IMG/VR virus record: IMGVR_UViG_3300046490_000065
Span: 30,629 to 94,628 of that record
DNA: 64,000 nucleotides
DNA from: a virus
Lineage: Duplodnaviria > Caudoviricetes
Direction: 5' to 3' (one strand)
Under the pieces are notes generated by a model, which was not told the origin of the DNA, did no database searches, and saw only the letters and a list, made by a program, of their open reading frames with translations. Below, one piece after another: positions 1 through 9,828 of the stretch. Position numbers and translations under genes: made by a program. Numbering within the stretch: the first letter of the stretch is position 1; every line of letters starts with the position of its first letter.

Positions 1-49
1 AGTTCGTTAAATCGTTTCAATAATCGAGTCAGATCTGAGCCGTAGCTGA

Positions 50-1441
50 TTACTGCACCCCGACTACGGCGCACCCGCCGCCCCCTCCGCTCATGCCCAC
101 CGTAATCGTGTGGGAGAGCGTTCCATCGCTGATCGTCAAGGTGCCACCTGTAGATCCCGTGGTGATGGTCAGTGTAGCCGCTGTGTTACTCGCTATGGCT
201 TGACTGATCTTGGTTACCCCGGATACGCCTGATATAGTAAATGTCTGCGCGATCCAGGTAGTGCTATCTCCAGTGAGCGACAACACTATATTGGCAGTAT
301 TGCTGGTCGGCACAGCAGTTGGAGAAACGGTAAATGTCGCCGTCCCAGGGACCTCCTCTGTTCCGATTGACCAGAACCCCGTGGCCCCGTCGTTGCCGGG
401 AACACTCTGATTGTTGTATTCGGCTGCTATCCAAGCGTCCGAGAATGCGCTTTGCGCTATATGTGCCTCATCGATCACGCTGTTTGCGAAGTTTACGACG
501 CTGCCCGTATAAACCGCCCCAATGAGCGCTTTTGCCCCAGCAGTGCTGTTTAGAACTCCACTTACGTTGGCGTTCGATGTCTGCTTGACACCATTGACGA
601 AAATGGATGAGTTAGTGGCGTCATAGGTGATTGCCAGATGGTACCAGCTACCCGCAGATGGAACAGAGGTTCCGGCAGTCAGAGTACACGCAGAACATCC
701 CCGGTAGACGAATACGTTGGACCCGCTGGAGAATCCAAACAGGTTCCCTCCGGCTCCGTTGTACCAGGAAATCACGTCCTGTTCCGATGACACCACGGTT
801 GGTTTGACCCATGCAGAGTATGTGAAAGGCTGATTTGGTCCAGCCTGCAACGTAGTCGGATTTCCTAAGTCAACATAATCGGTTATGCCGTTATATGTGA
901 GGCCGTTGCCGATCTTTCCCGTCGCAGACTTACCGCTGGTATTCGCTGCCGCAGCCCCGTTATTTCCGTTGGTTGTCGCATCGGCTACCGCAGTGCTGGA
1001 GGCGTTATCCTCGGAGTGATAGACTCCGCCGAACGCCGCCCAGGTCGTAGCATTGTTTCCCTGGTATGTCGTGACGCCGGAGTTTCCGTAGCAGAGATTG
1101 ATCGTCGTGCCGTTTGCGAGCGATGGCACCTTGACCCACATTTGCATCGCGCCAGTGGTCGCTGCATAACTCCCTGCGACGAGTTGGAACGGCAGCAAGG
1201 TCCCGGTCGAACTCACTGGAATAATGTCGTATCCAGATGCGCTCGTAACATGCCCGCCGTTAGCTACTGTCTTGAGCATGGCGCTGGCGGGGTTGAGAAT
1301 GAGCGCCGGGAAGTCAGTAAGGGTTCCCGTCACTTGGCCCGTTTGCACCTGCGCCACTTTCGCATAACCGTACCCAGATGGGCAAGTCACTGCCAGCGCA
1401 GGTGATGCAGCCAACAGCAGTACCGATAGTAAGCGCCTCAT
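50..1441 (-). CDS. DUF2341 + LamG/concanavalin-like domain protein with N-terminal signal peptide; putative fibre or receptor-binding protein
   Basis: LTDFPALI...GYDI...MWVKVPSL...YGN (DUF2341-like), FTYSAWVKP...WYHLAITYD...IDE (LamG); MRRLLSVLLLAASPALA resembles a Sec signal. Confidence 0.7.
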   Translation of the reverse strand: MRRLLSVLLLAASPALAVTCPSGYGYAKVAQVQTGQVTGTLTDFPALILNPASAMLKTVANGGHVTSASGYDIIPVSSTGTLLPFQLVAGSYAATTGAMQMWVKVPSLANGTTINLCYGNSGVTTYQGNNATTWAAFGGVYHSEDNASSTAVADATTNGNNGAAAANTSGKSATGKIGNGLTYNGITDYVDLGNPTTLQAGPNQPFTYSAWVKPTVVSSEQDVISWYNGAGGNLFGFSSGSNVFVYRGCSACTLTAGTSVPSAGSWYHLAITYDATNSSIFVNGVKQTSNANVSGVLNSTAGAKALIGAVYTGSVVNFANSVIDEAHIAQSAFSDAWIAAEYNNQSVPGNDGATGFWSIGTEEVPGTATFTVSPTAVPTSNTANIVLSLTGDSTTWIAQTFTISGVSGVTKISQAIASNTAATLTITTGSTGGTLTISDGTLSHTITVGMSGGGGGCAVVGVQ

Positions 1442-1442
1442 G

Positions 1443-3416
1443 CTACCTTCCCTCCCACACCTGGACTGATCCAGTAATCCAAGTGAACGTACTCGGAGAT
1501 GACAGCGTGACGCACACCATCGTTTGCGGAGCCAGCGTGCGCGCCCAACTCGTCAGGGTCGAGTCCGTAAGCTTCGCCACGCTCGACATCGACTCTCCAC
1601 CATTGCTGATATCACTAGCGGACGATGGTCCTGTGTAAGATGCCAACGCCACTGCTTTGACGGTGATTGTAACTGATCCGGCTTGATCCCCTTGCGCTGA
1701 AAACTGATTGATGTACCCACCGAATGGGACCAAGGTGCATCGGGTTGTGGTTCCGGAAAGCGCCGACCCGCCGCCGTCAAACGTGAATGGGATAGTGCGC
1801 CATGGCATATAATTGTTGGCGCTCCAAGTGGAGTCCGTGAGTGCCGTACCGGAAAAGTCTACGTAGTTTGTCTTCTCTATGTTGTTGTGGATCGCAGTAG
1901 AGTCACCGCAGAGGAATGGCCCTAGAGCATCGTACCAACCGTTATCTCCAATGTTCCAGTTGGTCGAATTGGATAACTTTATTCCGCACGAGTAACTGTA
2001 CGTGCAGGACCCAGCGCCGTTGATCGGCGCGCAGCCCTCCAGCGTGTTCCCGCGTATCGTGTTTGAGCGATTGTTGTACGCCGCGCTCTGCGCGTTAGCT
2101 GCCCTGATGATGGGTGGCGTCGTGCTCGTATTTCCCCCAATCACGTAACTGTTCAGGAATTTAGTATCATTGACGTTGCCTACCATGTCGAGGACAATCC
2201 CCATGCGCAGAAAATCCACCGTGTCGATTACGCTGCCGTACCCGCTGAACGGGTCCGTGATCGCTCCGGTAAGTGGGTAAGTTCCGCCGCCTCCCATCTG
2301 GATAGCTGTGTTGCACCCGCTTCCCTCAGCGACCGCCGAAAAGAAACTGGCATGATGGACCAGCAGTTTCGTTCCTGTGGTCAACAGAAACGTGGCGCAG
2401 TCCGTAGCGAAGTCTGCAATCGTCAAGTGATCGAGTTCGAGTGTGCCGATCCCGCTCGTCCAAAACTTCGGTCCCGCACTGTATCGAAGATCCAGGTAAG
2501 ATCCCTTGCTGACAGATGCCACAGAAACCAGCAAGTCATCCCCAGAGGACGCTCCCCCGCCAGATATCCTGATAGGTGGCATCGAATATCCAACCCCACC
2601 GTGGCACGTCACGATTTGAGAGTTTGCCCTAATACCTTTACCGGCATCGATACACAGGTGGCCTCCGTTCGCCGCGCAATACCCAGCAATGGTGGAATTC
2701 AGCCGCGTTGATTCGTCGGTGCCGTCGAGTGCGAACCCGAGCGACGAAGCCAGATCACAATTAGCGCCGCCACCCGAACCTGCTGGCCCCTGCGGGCCAG
2801 TTGCGCCCGTCGCTCCAGCGGCACCTTGCGGTCCTGTCGCGCCAGCAGGGCCAGTAGCCCCGGCCGGACCGGTGGCACCCGTTGGCCCTGGAACGGAGGA
2901 AGCCGCTCCCGTTGCACCAGTAGGACCCTGCGCTCCTGTGGCACCCGTAGCTCCAGTTGCTCCAGTTGCTCCAGTTGACCCCGTTGGACCTGTTGCGCCC
3001 GCTGGTCCAGTAGGACCCGTTGATCCAGTTGCCCCAGTGAACCCGAACGTTGCCCAATAAGTTGGGCTTGTATCTGGTTGATGCCCTGTATTGGATGATG
3101 CAAGAGAGATAAACGTCACTGCTGGAGTACCGTATGACACGACATCTAACGCAGCGTATGTTGTCCCCGCCGCGTACTGTCCACGCGCCACAAACGATCC
3201 GGTGGCTGCCGTAAGGAATCGCCAAGTGTCCGTCGCGGGGCAGTCGTACAACCCAGGATTGGTAGTGCCGGTCCGAAAGAAAACATCACCAGTCGCGGGC
3301 GAGCATTGTGATGGCAGCGCCGCGTTCCACTGGACGTGCCTTGCGATGCCAGAACTGGTCTGCGCCCACAGTCCAACATTGGACGCCAGAATCAAGAATA
3401 CTGTAAGTAGACGCAT
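1443..3416 (-). CDS. Collagen-like fibre with carbohydrate-binding-like repeat and beta-helix-like domain; signal peptide
   Basis: Long G-X-Y run (GATGPTG...), YAALDVVSY...PDTSPTYW motif, Asn/Gly-rich C-terminal half. Confidence 0.7.
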   Translation of the reverse strand: MRLLTVFLILASNVGLWAQTSSGIARHVQWNAALPSQCSPATGDVFFRTGTTNPGLYDCPATDTWRFLTAATGSFVARGQYAAGTTYAALDVVSYGTPAVTFISLASSNTGHQPDTSPTYWATFGFTGATGSTGPTGPAGATGPTGSTGATGATGATGATGAQGPTGATGAASSVPGPTGATGPAGATGPAGATGPQGAAGATGATGPQGPAGSGGGANCDLASSLGFALDGTDESTRLNSTIAGYCAANGGHLCIDAGKGIRANSQIVTCHGGVGYSMPPIRISGGGASSGDDLLVSVASVSKGSYLDLRYSAGPKFWTSGIGTLELDHLTIADFATDCATFLLTTGTKLLVHHASFFSAVAEGSGCNTAIQMGGGGTYPLTGAITDPFSGYGSVIDTVDFLRMGIVLDMVGNVNDTKFLNSYVIGGNTSTTPPIIRAANAQSAAYNNRSNTIRGNTLEGCAPINGAGSCTYSYSCGIKLSNSTNWNIGDNGWYDALGPFLCGDSTAIHNNIEKTNYVDFSGTALTDSTWSANNYMPWRTIPFTFDGGGSALSGTTTRCTLVPFGGYINQFSAQGDQAGSVTITVKAVALASYTGPSSASDISNGGESMSSVAKLTDSTLTSWARTLAPQTMVCVTLSSPSTFTWITGSVQVWEGR

Positions 3417-3429
3417 CGTGTGGGCTCCT

Positions 3430-3762
3430 TTAGGGAATCAACTCCACATTTACTACACACGTCGCCCCGGAGGCCCGCAGCCACATCGCCCCGACCGGGA
3501 CGTTCATGGCTTCCTTGCTGGCCCGGTACTGGTCATGCAGAAGAAGCTCGTATGACTTCCTGGTCGAAGACACGTTGGCGTCTCCCACGTAGACCGAGTT
3601 GGCCCCGTTTGAACTGTCGGCCTGAAGAGACATCTGGCCGACATTCTGGATGAGCCCGGCGAGGGAAGAGTCTACCGCAACAAGTAACGCCAACAGATTG
3701 TGCGGGTTTGTATCGGATAATGTCAAACTAATTCCATAGTACGCATTCAGAGCGACAGCCAT
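3430..3762 (-). CDS. Hypothetical small virion-type beta protein
   Basis: 110-aa ORF heading the fibre operon; GAGG upstream. Confidence 0.55.
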   Translation of the reverse strand: MAVALNAYYGISLTLSDTNPHNLLALLVAVDSSLAGLIQNVGQMSLQADSSNGANSVYVGDANVSSTRKSYELLLHDQYRASKEAMNVPVGAMWLRASGATCVVNVELIP

Positions 3763-3835
3763 TCAGGACACCTCATTCTGAATCATACCCCCATAGACCT
3801 TTCAAATCAACGTGGTGTAGGGTATACTGGGGCCG

Positions 3836-4690
3836 ATGGCGGAACTACCCGATTCCAAAGCAAGGGCATCCTGCGACCTCGATGGGGTGATCACGGTGGG
3901 ACCGGGCAAGACTCCCTACGACTTTGCCCCCGTGCGAACTGGTGCCCGCGATTTCCTCCGCACCCTCCACGAGCGCTACGAAGAAGTCATCATTCACACG
4001 GCCCGGCCGGTCGATGCGGCCAAGAACTACCTGCGGCAGAACGGTTTGTTGAAGTACGTGGCGGACGTCACCAACACGAAGCTCCCATCCAAGGTCTACA
4101 TCGACGACAGGGCGGTGGCGTTCACTGGGGACTTCGAAAAGACCCTGGAAGAGGTCGAGGACTTCCGGCCGTACTGGGCAAAGTCCGCGTCCGACGTTGG
4201 ACTAGATGATGCCTCCACCCAGTTCGACCTGCCGCCGGACCTTGCGGCCAAGGTGATCTCCATGGGGAAGAATGTCCCAGACTCTATGCTCCACGGTAAG
4301 GGTCGTGAGGAGCACCCTCACATTACCGTGCTCTATGGGATCGAGGACGAGACGCCGGACAAGTTGGCCGCCGCTCTCAAAAACTTCGGCCGCGTCCGAG
4401 CCCGGCTTGGCGCCACGAGCTTCTTCCGGGTTCAAAAGAAGGGGTTCGACGTCGTGAAGCTAACCGTCGCGTCAGAGGACTTGAAGCGGTTGCGCAAAGC
4501 GGTGGAAGCGGCGTCTAAGTTCCATACGGATTTCCCGGACTACGTGCCCCACGCGACGATCGCTTATACGAAGCTAGGCAGCGGAGAGAAATTCTCTGGA
4601 GATCGCACGTTGGCCGGCGAGGAATGCGTCTTCGACGCCCTTACGTTCTACGGATCGAATGGAGAACGGACGAGGATACTCCTGACCTAG
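3836..4690 (+). CDS. HAD-family phosphatase fused to 2H phosphoesterase (Acb1/T4 gp57B-like)
   Basis: DLDGV, HTAR, K...YIDDR HAD motifs; two HxT motifs PHITVLYG and YVPHATIAY; TATACT at 3823-3828. Confidence 0.8.
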   Translation: MAELPDSKARASCDLDGVITVGPGKTPYDFAPVRTGARDFLRTLHERYEEVIIHTARPVDAAKNYLRQNGLLKYVADVTNTKLPSKVYIDDRAVAFTGDFEKTLEEVEDFRPYWAKSASDVGLDDASTQFDLPPDLAAKVISMGKNVPDSMLHGKGREEHPHITVLYGIEDETPDKLAAALKNFGRVRARLGATSFFRVQKKGFDVVKLTVASEDLKRLRKAVEAASKFHTDFPDYVPHATIAYTKLGSGEKFSGDRTLAGEECVFDALTFYGSNGERTRILLT

Positions 4691-4756
4691 CCGGTCAGCT
4701 TCCTCGGCGATCTCTTCGACGTCGTATCCGTTTTTCACCAGAAACGTAAGGTCCAT
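4574..4756 (-). CDS. Small hypothetical protein
   Basis: GAGGTGGGG before ATG, downstream of the leftward promoter; overlaps the 3' end of the convergent gene. Confidence 0.35.
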   Translation of the reverse strand: MDLTFLVKNGYDVEEIAEEADRLGQEYPRPFSIRSVERKGVEDAFLAGQRAISREFLSAA

Positions 4757-4838
4757 TTCCCCACCTCACTACTCCCGGCGGCTTGTCCTGTTGTACGGAC
4801 GGGCCGCCGGGATCCGTACACGATTGACCTGTTGATCC

Positions 4839-4917
4839 ATCGTACCTGATTTCTGCCGGGCCAGTCAACCACCCGGCGCAAAAATGGGTTGACTTGTGGC
4901 GTGAGGTGGGGTACTGT
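4839..4917. promoter_or_regulatory. Divergent sigma70-type promoter pair
   Basis: + strand TTGACT(4889)-17-TACTGT; - strand TTGACT(4868)-18-TACGAT. Confidence 0.6.
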
Positions 4918-5041
4918 TTTATTTTCCAGTGATGATTTCCAGTTGGCCGACTGGTTCACTGTGGATCGCCGGAGCCCGGCGGAGGGAGACCCCTCCATCC
5001 TTCCGCCACCCGGTTGCCCCTACGGAGGGGGCTTATAACGT

Positions 5042-5320
5042 ATGAAGATTAAAGTTTCCGTAGAGCGCCTCCCGTTCTGGGTTTGGTTATGCCGGTTTGC
5101 CTACCGTCATGCGGCCAAACGAAGCTCTGGTATCCCCACCGGTCTACCGGGCCATCGGGATCCCGAGAGCCGGTGTGACCAGTACTTCCCTGTGAAGGAA
5201 CCGAGTGGTAAAGGTCCGTGCGGGGGCGACGGGCACTACTTGTGCCGTGATTGCGAATGGCTATCAGCCGAGCGTATCGCTGAGTTCGATGGAAATTTGG
5301 AGGAGTTCTATGGCCGGTAG
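5042..5320 (+). CDS. Cys/His-rich hypothetical protein
   Basis: C...CGGDGHYLCRDC motif; abuts the initiator gene. Confidence 0.5.
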   Translation: MKIKVSVERLPFWVWLCRFAYRHAAKRSSGIPTGLPGHRDPESRCDQYFPVKEPSGKGPCGGDGHYLCRDCEWLSAERIAEFDGNLEEFYGR

Positions 5321-6584
5321 CGAAAGTTGCATTTATCATCCAGAAAGGGACCAGTTTCTAATCATCCGACGCCATTATGTGGAGATGTTCGGAGGTGACG
5401 TTGACCTAGCTGCATTGCTCGCCTTATTCGAGTTCTGGACGAATGGGGAGTTGGATCAGTTTGCCAAGCGGAGAGAGCAAGGAATCCCGTGGGTGACGGT
5501 GGCCATGCCAGTCATCGAACACTGGATGATGAACATCTGTGGACGTCGGAAGATCCAGGACAAATTGGCGCTCTTGGACAAGTGGGGACTTCTCCGGTCA
5601 AACACCCCTGGATGCCAAACTTCCAAGAGCTACCTGCTGAATATAGATGGCTTAAACCAACTCGTCCACTCTGGGGTTAAAGTGGACGAGTCCTTCATCG
5701 GCAATTTTGCCGATGGGGATGCTGCAATCACAGGGTCAAGTAAAGAGGTGATCGGCAAATCTGCCGATCAGAGTCAAGAGGTGAGTAAAGAGGTGATCGG
5801 CAAAAACGACCGAGCTTATGCATTTTCTGCCGATCAGAACGACGATGTATCATTATTGTGTTTAAAGAAAGAAGAAAAGAAAGAAGAAGAGGAACACAAC
5901 TCACCCTCTTTGGTTCCTTCGGAACCTGAAAACCAAAGTCAAAACCCGGATGTTCCTCCCGCCGCCGGCCGTCCAATGTTGGACGGGGACGAGACCCAGG
6001 AATCGGCCCGACCCGGCAAGCGGTCCTGGAAACGCCCAAAGCCAGAACGACCCCACGGGTTCTCCGATCGTATGCGCCAGCTTCGCGAGGGTGCCCACAA
6101 TCAAGCAGCAGACGGGGTAGAGCGGCTTATGACGCCTTCTCGCGTGGTGACCAGCGCTCCGGAGACCCCGATAGCTCCTGGGGCATCCTACGCTCAAGAG
6201 GAGACATTCCCCGTGAGGTGGAATCGGCTGGTACCGGCGCGGCCGGTGGACGCCGGGCTTCTGGCCCCAAATCCGAAGGCGTACCGGGAGCAGGTATTCG
6301 CCCAAAGGTTCGACGAGATCTGCCAAAAGGCCAGCGCTCTTATCGCGGCTGGCGCTGACGTGCAGTTCGGGTTTCTGTTGAGCACCGACCGAGGAACGGA
6401 GCAATACCGGTGGCAACAACTCCTGGCGGGCCAACTGGACTGGATGAAGCCGAGGGCCAACGGGAGCGTCAAGGAAGTGAAGAAGCCGGTAGATGGAGTG
6501 GCGATAGCCGCGCAGATGCGCAAGGAACGATTGGAAAGGGAGGCAAAGGAACGTGCCGCAGAAGTCAACCAAGACACCCACTGA
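5310..6584 (+). CDS. Phage replication initiator (lambda O-like organisation)
   Basis: GGAGGAG then ATG at 5310; winged-helix-like N-terminus, internal iterons, upstream of DnaB. Confidence 0.7.
   Translation: MAGSESCIYHPERDQFLIIRRHYVEMFGGDVDLAALLALFEFWTNGELDQFAKRREQGIPWVTVAMPVIEHWMMNICGRRKIQDKLALLDKWGLLRSNTPGCQTSKSYLLNIDGLNQLVHSGVKVDESFIGNFADGDAAITGSSKEVIGKSADQSQEVSKEVIGKNDRAYAFSADQNDDVSLLCLKKEEKKEEEEHNSPSLVPSEPENQSQNPDVPPAAGRPMLDGDETQESARPGKRSWKRPKPERPHGFSDRMRQLREGAHNQAADGVERLMTPSRVVTSAPETPIAPGASYAQEETFPVRWNRLVPARPVDAGLLAPNPKAYREQVFAQRFDEICQKASALIAAGADVQFGFLLSTDRGTEQYRWQQLLAGQLDWMKPRANGSVKEVKKPVDGVAIAAQMRKERLEREAKERAAEVNQDTH
5697..5890. repeat. Putative replication origin: iterons plus A-rich tract inside the initiator gene
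   Basis: 21-bp direct repeat AGTAAAGAGGTGATCGGCAAA at 5739 and 5784; inverted ATCGGCA/TGCCGAT pairs at 5697-5714 and 5749-5770; purine tract 5864-5890. Confidence 0.65.
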
Positions 6585-6912
6585 GCGGGAGGAAGACATC
6601 ATGGAGGCGGTCTCTGTGCTCGCGGGGATGCCGAAGTATCCGGTCGAGGAGAAACAGTTCAAGTTCTTCTGCCGCATGATGGCCCGATTCATGCAGACCG
6701 TGGAGATCACCCACGAGTGCCCAGAGGACCCAGAGTGGACGAAGAAGTACGGCCTGGGGGTGGTGAACCCGATGAACCACACGATAGAGACCGTGGCTGA
6801 GGGATGCACATTCTTCCCAAGTTTGGCCCAGTGGCGCCGGATCTACTGCAAGTGGTTTCGGCCGCTTGACGGCAAGTGGCCGGCCGATATCGAAGAACAG
6901 GTGGAGGAGTAG
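6553..6912 (+). CDS. Hypothetical protein, possible helicase loader/inhibitor
   Basis: Position between initiator and DnaB; FFPSLAQWR motif. Confidence 0.45.
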   Translation: MPQKSTKTPTEREEDIMEAVSVLAGMPKYPVEEKQFKFFCRMMARFMQTVEITHECPEDPEWTKKYGLGVVNPMNHTIETVAEGCTFFPSLAQWRRIYCKWFRPLDGKWPADIEEQVEE

Positions 6913-6915
6913 CGG

Positions 6916-8271
6916 GTGGCCAACCACGAGAAAGGGCTTCCGTGTAACGTGGATGCCGAGAAGTTCGTCCTCGGGTCGATCCTCCTTGACGGGGAGATCT
7001 ACCCGCAGGCCAGATCCATCCTGGAATCCAACGACTTCAGCCTGGATAAACACCGCCGGATCTATCGCAGGATCGGGCAGATCTACGAAGACGGCGGCCA
7101 TATCGACCGTATCACCGTCACCAACCAGTTGATGATGTTCGGGGAACTGGAGTCTTGCGACGGGCTGTCCTACCTTATTTCGCTGGACGACGGTCTTCCC
7201 GAGTCACCGCACATCGAGTCATACGCCTGGATCGTCAAGGAGAAGTCGGCCCTCCGATCCACCATCTTTGCCGCACAACACCTGATCAACCGTGCAATGG
7301 GTGGAGAGGAAACCGCCCGTGACATAATCGACGGGGCCGAAGAAACTATCCAACGAATCGACGCCGGGCTTGCCAGCAAGCAAACCCTACTTTCCCCCAC
7401 CGAGATCATTGAGTCCCATGGCGGGATACCAAGCTTCCTACAGCACGCGATCAAGCCGGGCATCTCCACGGGGTTCCCCCAGATAGACGAGTACACCTTG
7501 GGCCTTCAGGAGGGGTGCCACTACATCATCGGAGGTCGCACGGGGTCAGGAAAAACTGCAATGGCGGAGAATATCGGGATCAACGTCGCCAAGACTGGGG
7601 TCCCCGTGGCTATGTTCAGCTTGGAGATGAGCAAGGAATTGGTCATCGCGCGGGCGGTCTGTTCTGAGGCCAAGGTCCCGTTCAAAGCGTACATAAAGAA
7701 TGACATGGACCCAGAGCAACGACACGCGGTACGGGACGCCCTGAACCTTATCATGGAGTTGCCGTTCTACATCGACGACTCTCCGGACCTTACGGTGTCT
7801 CAGTTGCCGTCGCGGGTAGATCGGGCCGTACGGGACAAACACATCCGGCTGTTCATCACCGACTACCTACAGATCATGAACGCGGAGCCGGAGTTGAAGC
7901 TGTTCTCTGAGTATGACCGGGTGACTTTCGCCAGCAAGATCTGCCGCAGTGCCGCTCGTAAGCACAACATCAGTTCGATCGCTTTGAGCCAGTTGAGCCG
8001 TCCAGCCGACAAACGGAAGCCTGGGGCCAAGCCAACGCTCTCAGATCTCAAGGCAAGCGGCGGTATCGAGAACGATGCGGCGGCGGCCATCCTGATTCAC
8101 CGACCAGAGATGTTCGACCACAACAACCAAAGCCTGAAGTTCAAAGCGCAGGCCATTATTGCTAAGTCCCGCGTGGGCGGGCAGGGTGATGTCAACCTCC
8201 GATTCGATGGGAAATACTATCGGTTCACCGACGAGGGACCAACCGAGGATACCTATGACGAAGACGACTAG
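6916..8271 (+). CDS. dnaB: Replicative DNA helicase
   Basis: P.NVDAEKFVLGSILLD N-terminus, Walker A GRTGSGKT, FSLEMS, DYLQ, LSQLSR, SDLKASGGIENDA. Confidence 0.95.
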   Translation: MANHEKGLPCNVDAEKFVLGSILLDGEIYPQARSILESNDFSLDKHRRIYRRIGQIYEDGGHIDRITVTNQLMMFGELESCDGLSYLISLDDGLPESPHIESYAWIVKEKSALRSTIFAAQHLINRAMGGEETARDIIDGAEETIQRIDAGLASKQTLLSPTEIIESHGGIPSFLQHAIKPGISTGFPQIDEYTLGLQEGCHYIIGGRTGSGKTAMAENIGINVAKTGVPVAMFSLEMSKELVIARAVCSEAKVPFKAYIKNDMDPEQRHAVRDALNLIMELPFYIDDSPDLTVSQLPSRVDRAVRDKHIRLFITDYLQIMNAEPELKLFSEYDRVTFASKICRSAARKHNISSIALSQLSRPADKRKPGAKPTLSDLKASGGIENDAAAAILIHRPEMFDHNNQSLKFKAQAIIAKSRVGGQGDVNLRFDGKYYRFTDEGPTEDTYDEDD

Positions 8272-8569
8272 TCCGTGTTCGTGCTGCAAGAAGACTAACC
8301 AGTTTTGCCGTTGCACCCGCGAAGTTTGTGGCAAGTGCCACCAGTGTTCAGTCCACTGCGAGTGCTTCAACCCAACGTTCAGTCCAACGTTGGACTCAGT
8401 GCGTGAGCCGGAAGGCGACCGTGGCATCTGCCGGGCGCCAGAGTGCCGAGCGGTGATCTGGTGGCAGGTTACCGCCAAAGGGAAGCGTACGCCGGTCAAC
8501 GCCGATGGATCGCCACACTGGGCGGATTGTCCGGCGGCTAAGTCATTTTCGAAAAGGAGAACGAAGTGA
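8255..8569 (+). CDS. Cys-rich zinc-binding hypothetical protein
   Basis: Multiple CxxC pairs; GKRTPVNADGSPHWADC. Confidence 0.6.
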   Translation: MTKTTSPCSCCKKTNQFCRCTREVCGKCHQCSVHCECFNPTFSPTLDSVREPEGDRGICRAPECRAVIWWQVTAKGKRTPVNADGSPHWADCPAAKSFSKRRTK

Positions 8570-9240
8570 AGATAGTCCAACCGTACGCGAAGTTGATGGA
8601 TGTACCTGATCTAGATTCCGGTATCCGGTTATTGAAAAAGATCGAATGGTGCGGGCGCATCTCTCACCGTTCTGAAGAAGCTCAGACTGAGGACTCTTGG
8701 CGCCGCTTCGTAGAGACTGTGGTCCTGGGCCACGGTGACTGGAGCATCGTCGAACACGCAAGCACCACGGTTGACATGCTGGTGGACCGGGGGATCACGC
8801 ATGAGGTAGTGAGGCACCGGCTGTTCTCTTTCACTCAGGAGAGCACTCGGTTCGTGAACTACGAGAAGAAGATGCCAGCGTCGTTCATCGATCCATTCCT
8901 TGACCCTTGCCCATCGTCGGACATCGTGGCATCAAGAGAGCAGTGGCAGGATGCGATCGGCGCCGCCGAGTGGGCGTACAAGAAGCTGATCGAGAAGGGG
9001 TGTGCTCCGCAAATTGCCCGCTCCGTCTTCCCCAATGCGCTCGCTTCCCGCATCATTATCACCGGCAACCTCCGTAACTGGCGCCACTTCTTCATTATGC
9101 GGGTGACGAAGGAAGCCCACCCACAGATGCGCCAAGTTACTATCCCGCTTCTGGCCGAGTTCAAGGCCAAGATACCAATCCTGTTTGACGACATTGAGCC
9201 CCTGACGAAGCAGACAGTGGCGATGAGCAAGATGCGATGA
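8566..9240 (+). CDS. thyX: Flavin-dependent thymidylate synthase
   Basis: RHRLFSFTQESTR signature, SIVEH, ARSVFP, NLRNWRHF. Confidence 0.95.
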   Translation: MKIVQPYAKLMDVPDLDSGIRLLKKIEWCGRISHRSEEAQTEDSWRRFVETVVLGHGDWSIVEHASTTVDMLVDRGITHEVVRHRLFSFTQESTRFVNYEKKMPASFIDPFLDPCPSSDIVASREQWQDAIGAAEWAYKKLIEKGCAPQIARSVFPNALASRIIITGNLRNWRHFFIMRVTKEAHPQMRQVTIPLLAEFKAKIPILFDDIEPLTKQTVAMSKMR

Positions 9241-9458
9241 CTACCCCACCGGAGCGGGAGTTTCTTCGGTTGGCTTGCGACTGGATGGTATGTCGGCTCG
9301 TATTGCTTGGCCACCCACCCAGCCGTAAGGGGCAGGTGTACGATCCGTGCTCATGGATGATTGGAGAACTGGCCACCCAATCCGAGATGTACTTGGTCTG
9401 TAAGGAGATGAGGCGTGACAATAGAACTGTTCTGGTCCGACAAGCTGAAAAGAACTGA
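9237..9458 (+). CDS. Hypothetical protein
   Basis: ATGA overlap with thyX. Confidence 0.4.
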   Translation: MTTPPEREFLRLACDWMVCRLVLLGHPPSRKGQVYDPCSWMIGELATQSEMYLVCKEMRRDNRTVLVRQAEKN

Positions 9459-9744
9459 CTGTTCTCTGTTCAAGAGTTTCGCGCAGGCTATGGTCATGCG
9501 ACTGATGCAAGGCTGGCCGACCTACGGGTTCGACCGGCGCTTCCAATACCTGACCCGTCTGGAGAAGGAGGTTGCCGCTTATCGGAAGACCGGCAACAGG
9601 GAGCACCTAATCAACGCTGCCAACTACTGCTACATGGAGTCGGAGAAGCCAGAGCTACCCGGATCACACTGGGACAACTCAGTAAAGAGCGTGACGCGGA
9701 AGCAATCGTGGTTGGACGCCGCCCGTGACCGGATAACCTCTTGA
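9415..9744 (+). CDS. Phage hypothetical protein
   Basis: YRKTGNREHLINAANY motif; same-strand operon position. Confidence 0.6.
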   Translation: MTIELFWSDKLKRTDCSLFKSFAQAMVMRLMQGWPTYGFDRRFQYLTRLEKEVAAYRKTGNREHLINAANYCYMESEKPELPGSHWDNSVKSVTRKQSWLDAARDRITS

Positions 9745-9769
9745 CTCCGCCGACCAACCGGAGTAACCT
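9741..9769 (+). promoter_or_regulatory. sigma70-type promoter
   Basis: TTGACT-17-TAACCT. Confidence 0.55.
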
Positions 9770-9828
9770 TTAGGCGTGGTGGGGTCGTCCCCACCGACAC
9801 CCTTTGACCGCAAAACTATAGGAGAAGC

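Noticed and set aside
2780-3040. Short tandem DNA repeats
   Set aside because: Explained by collagen G-X-Y coding
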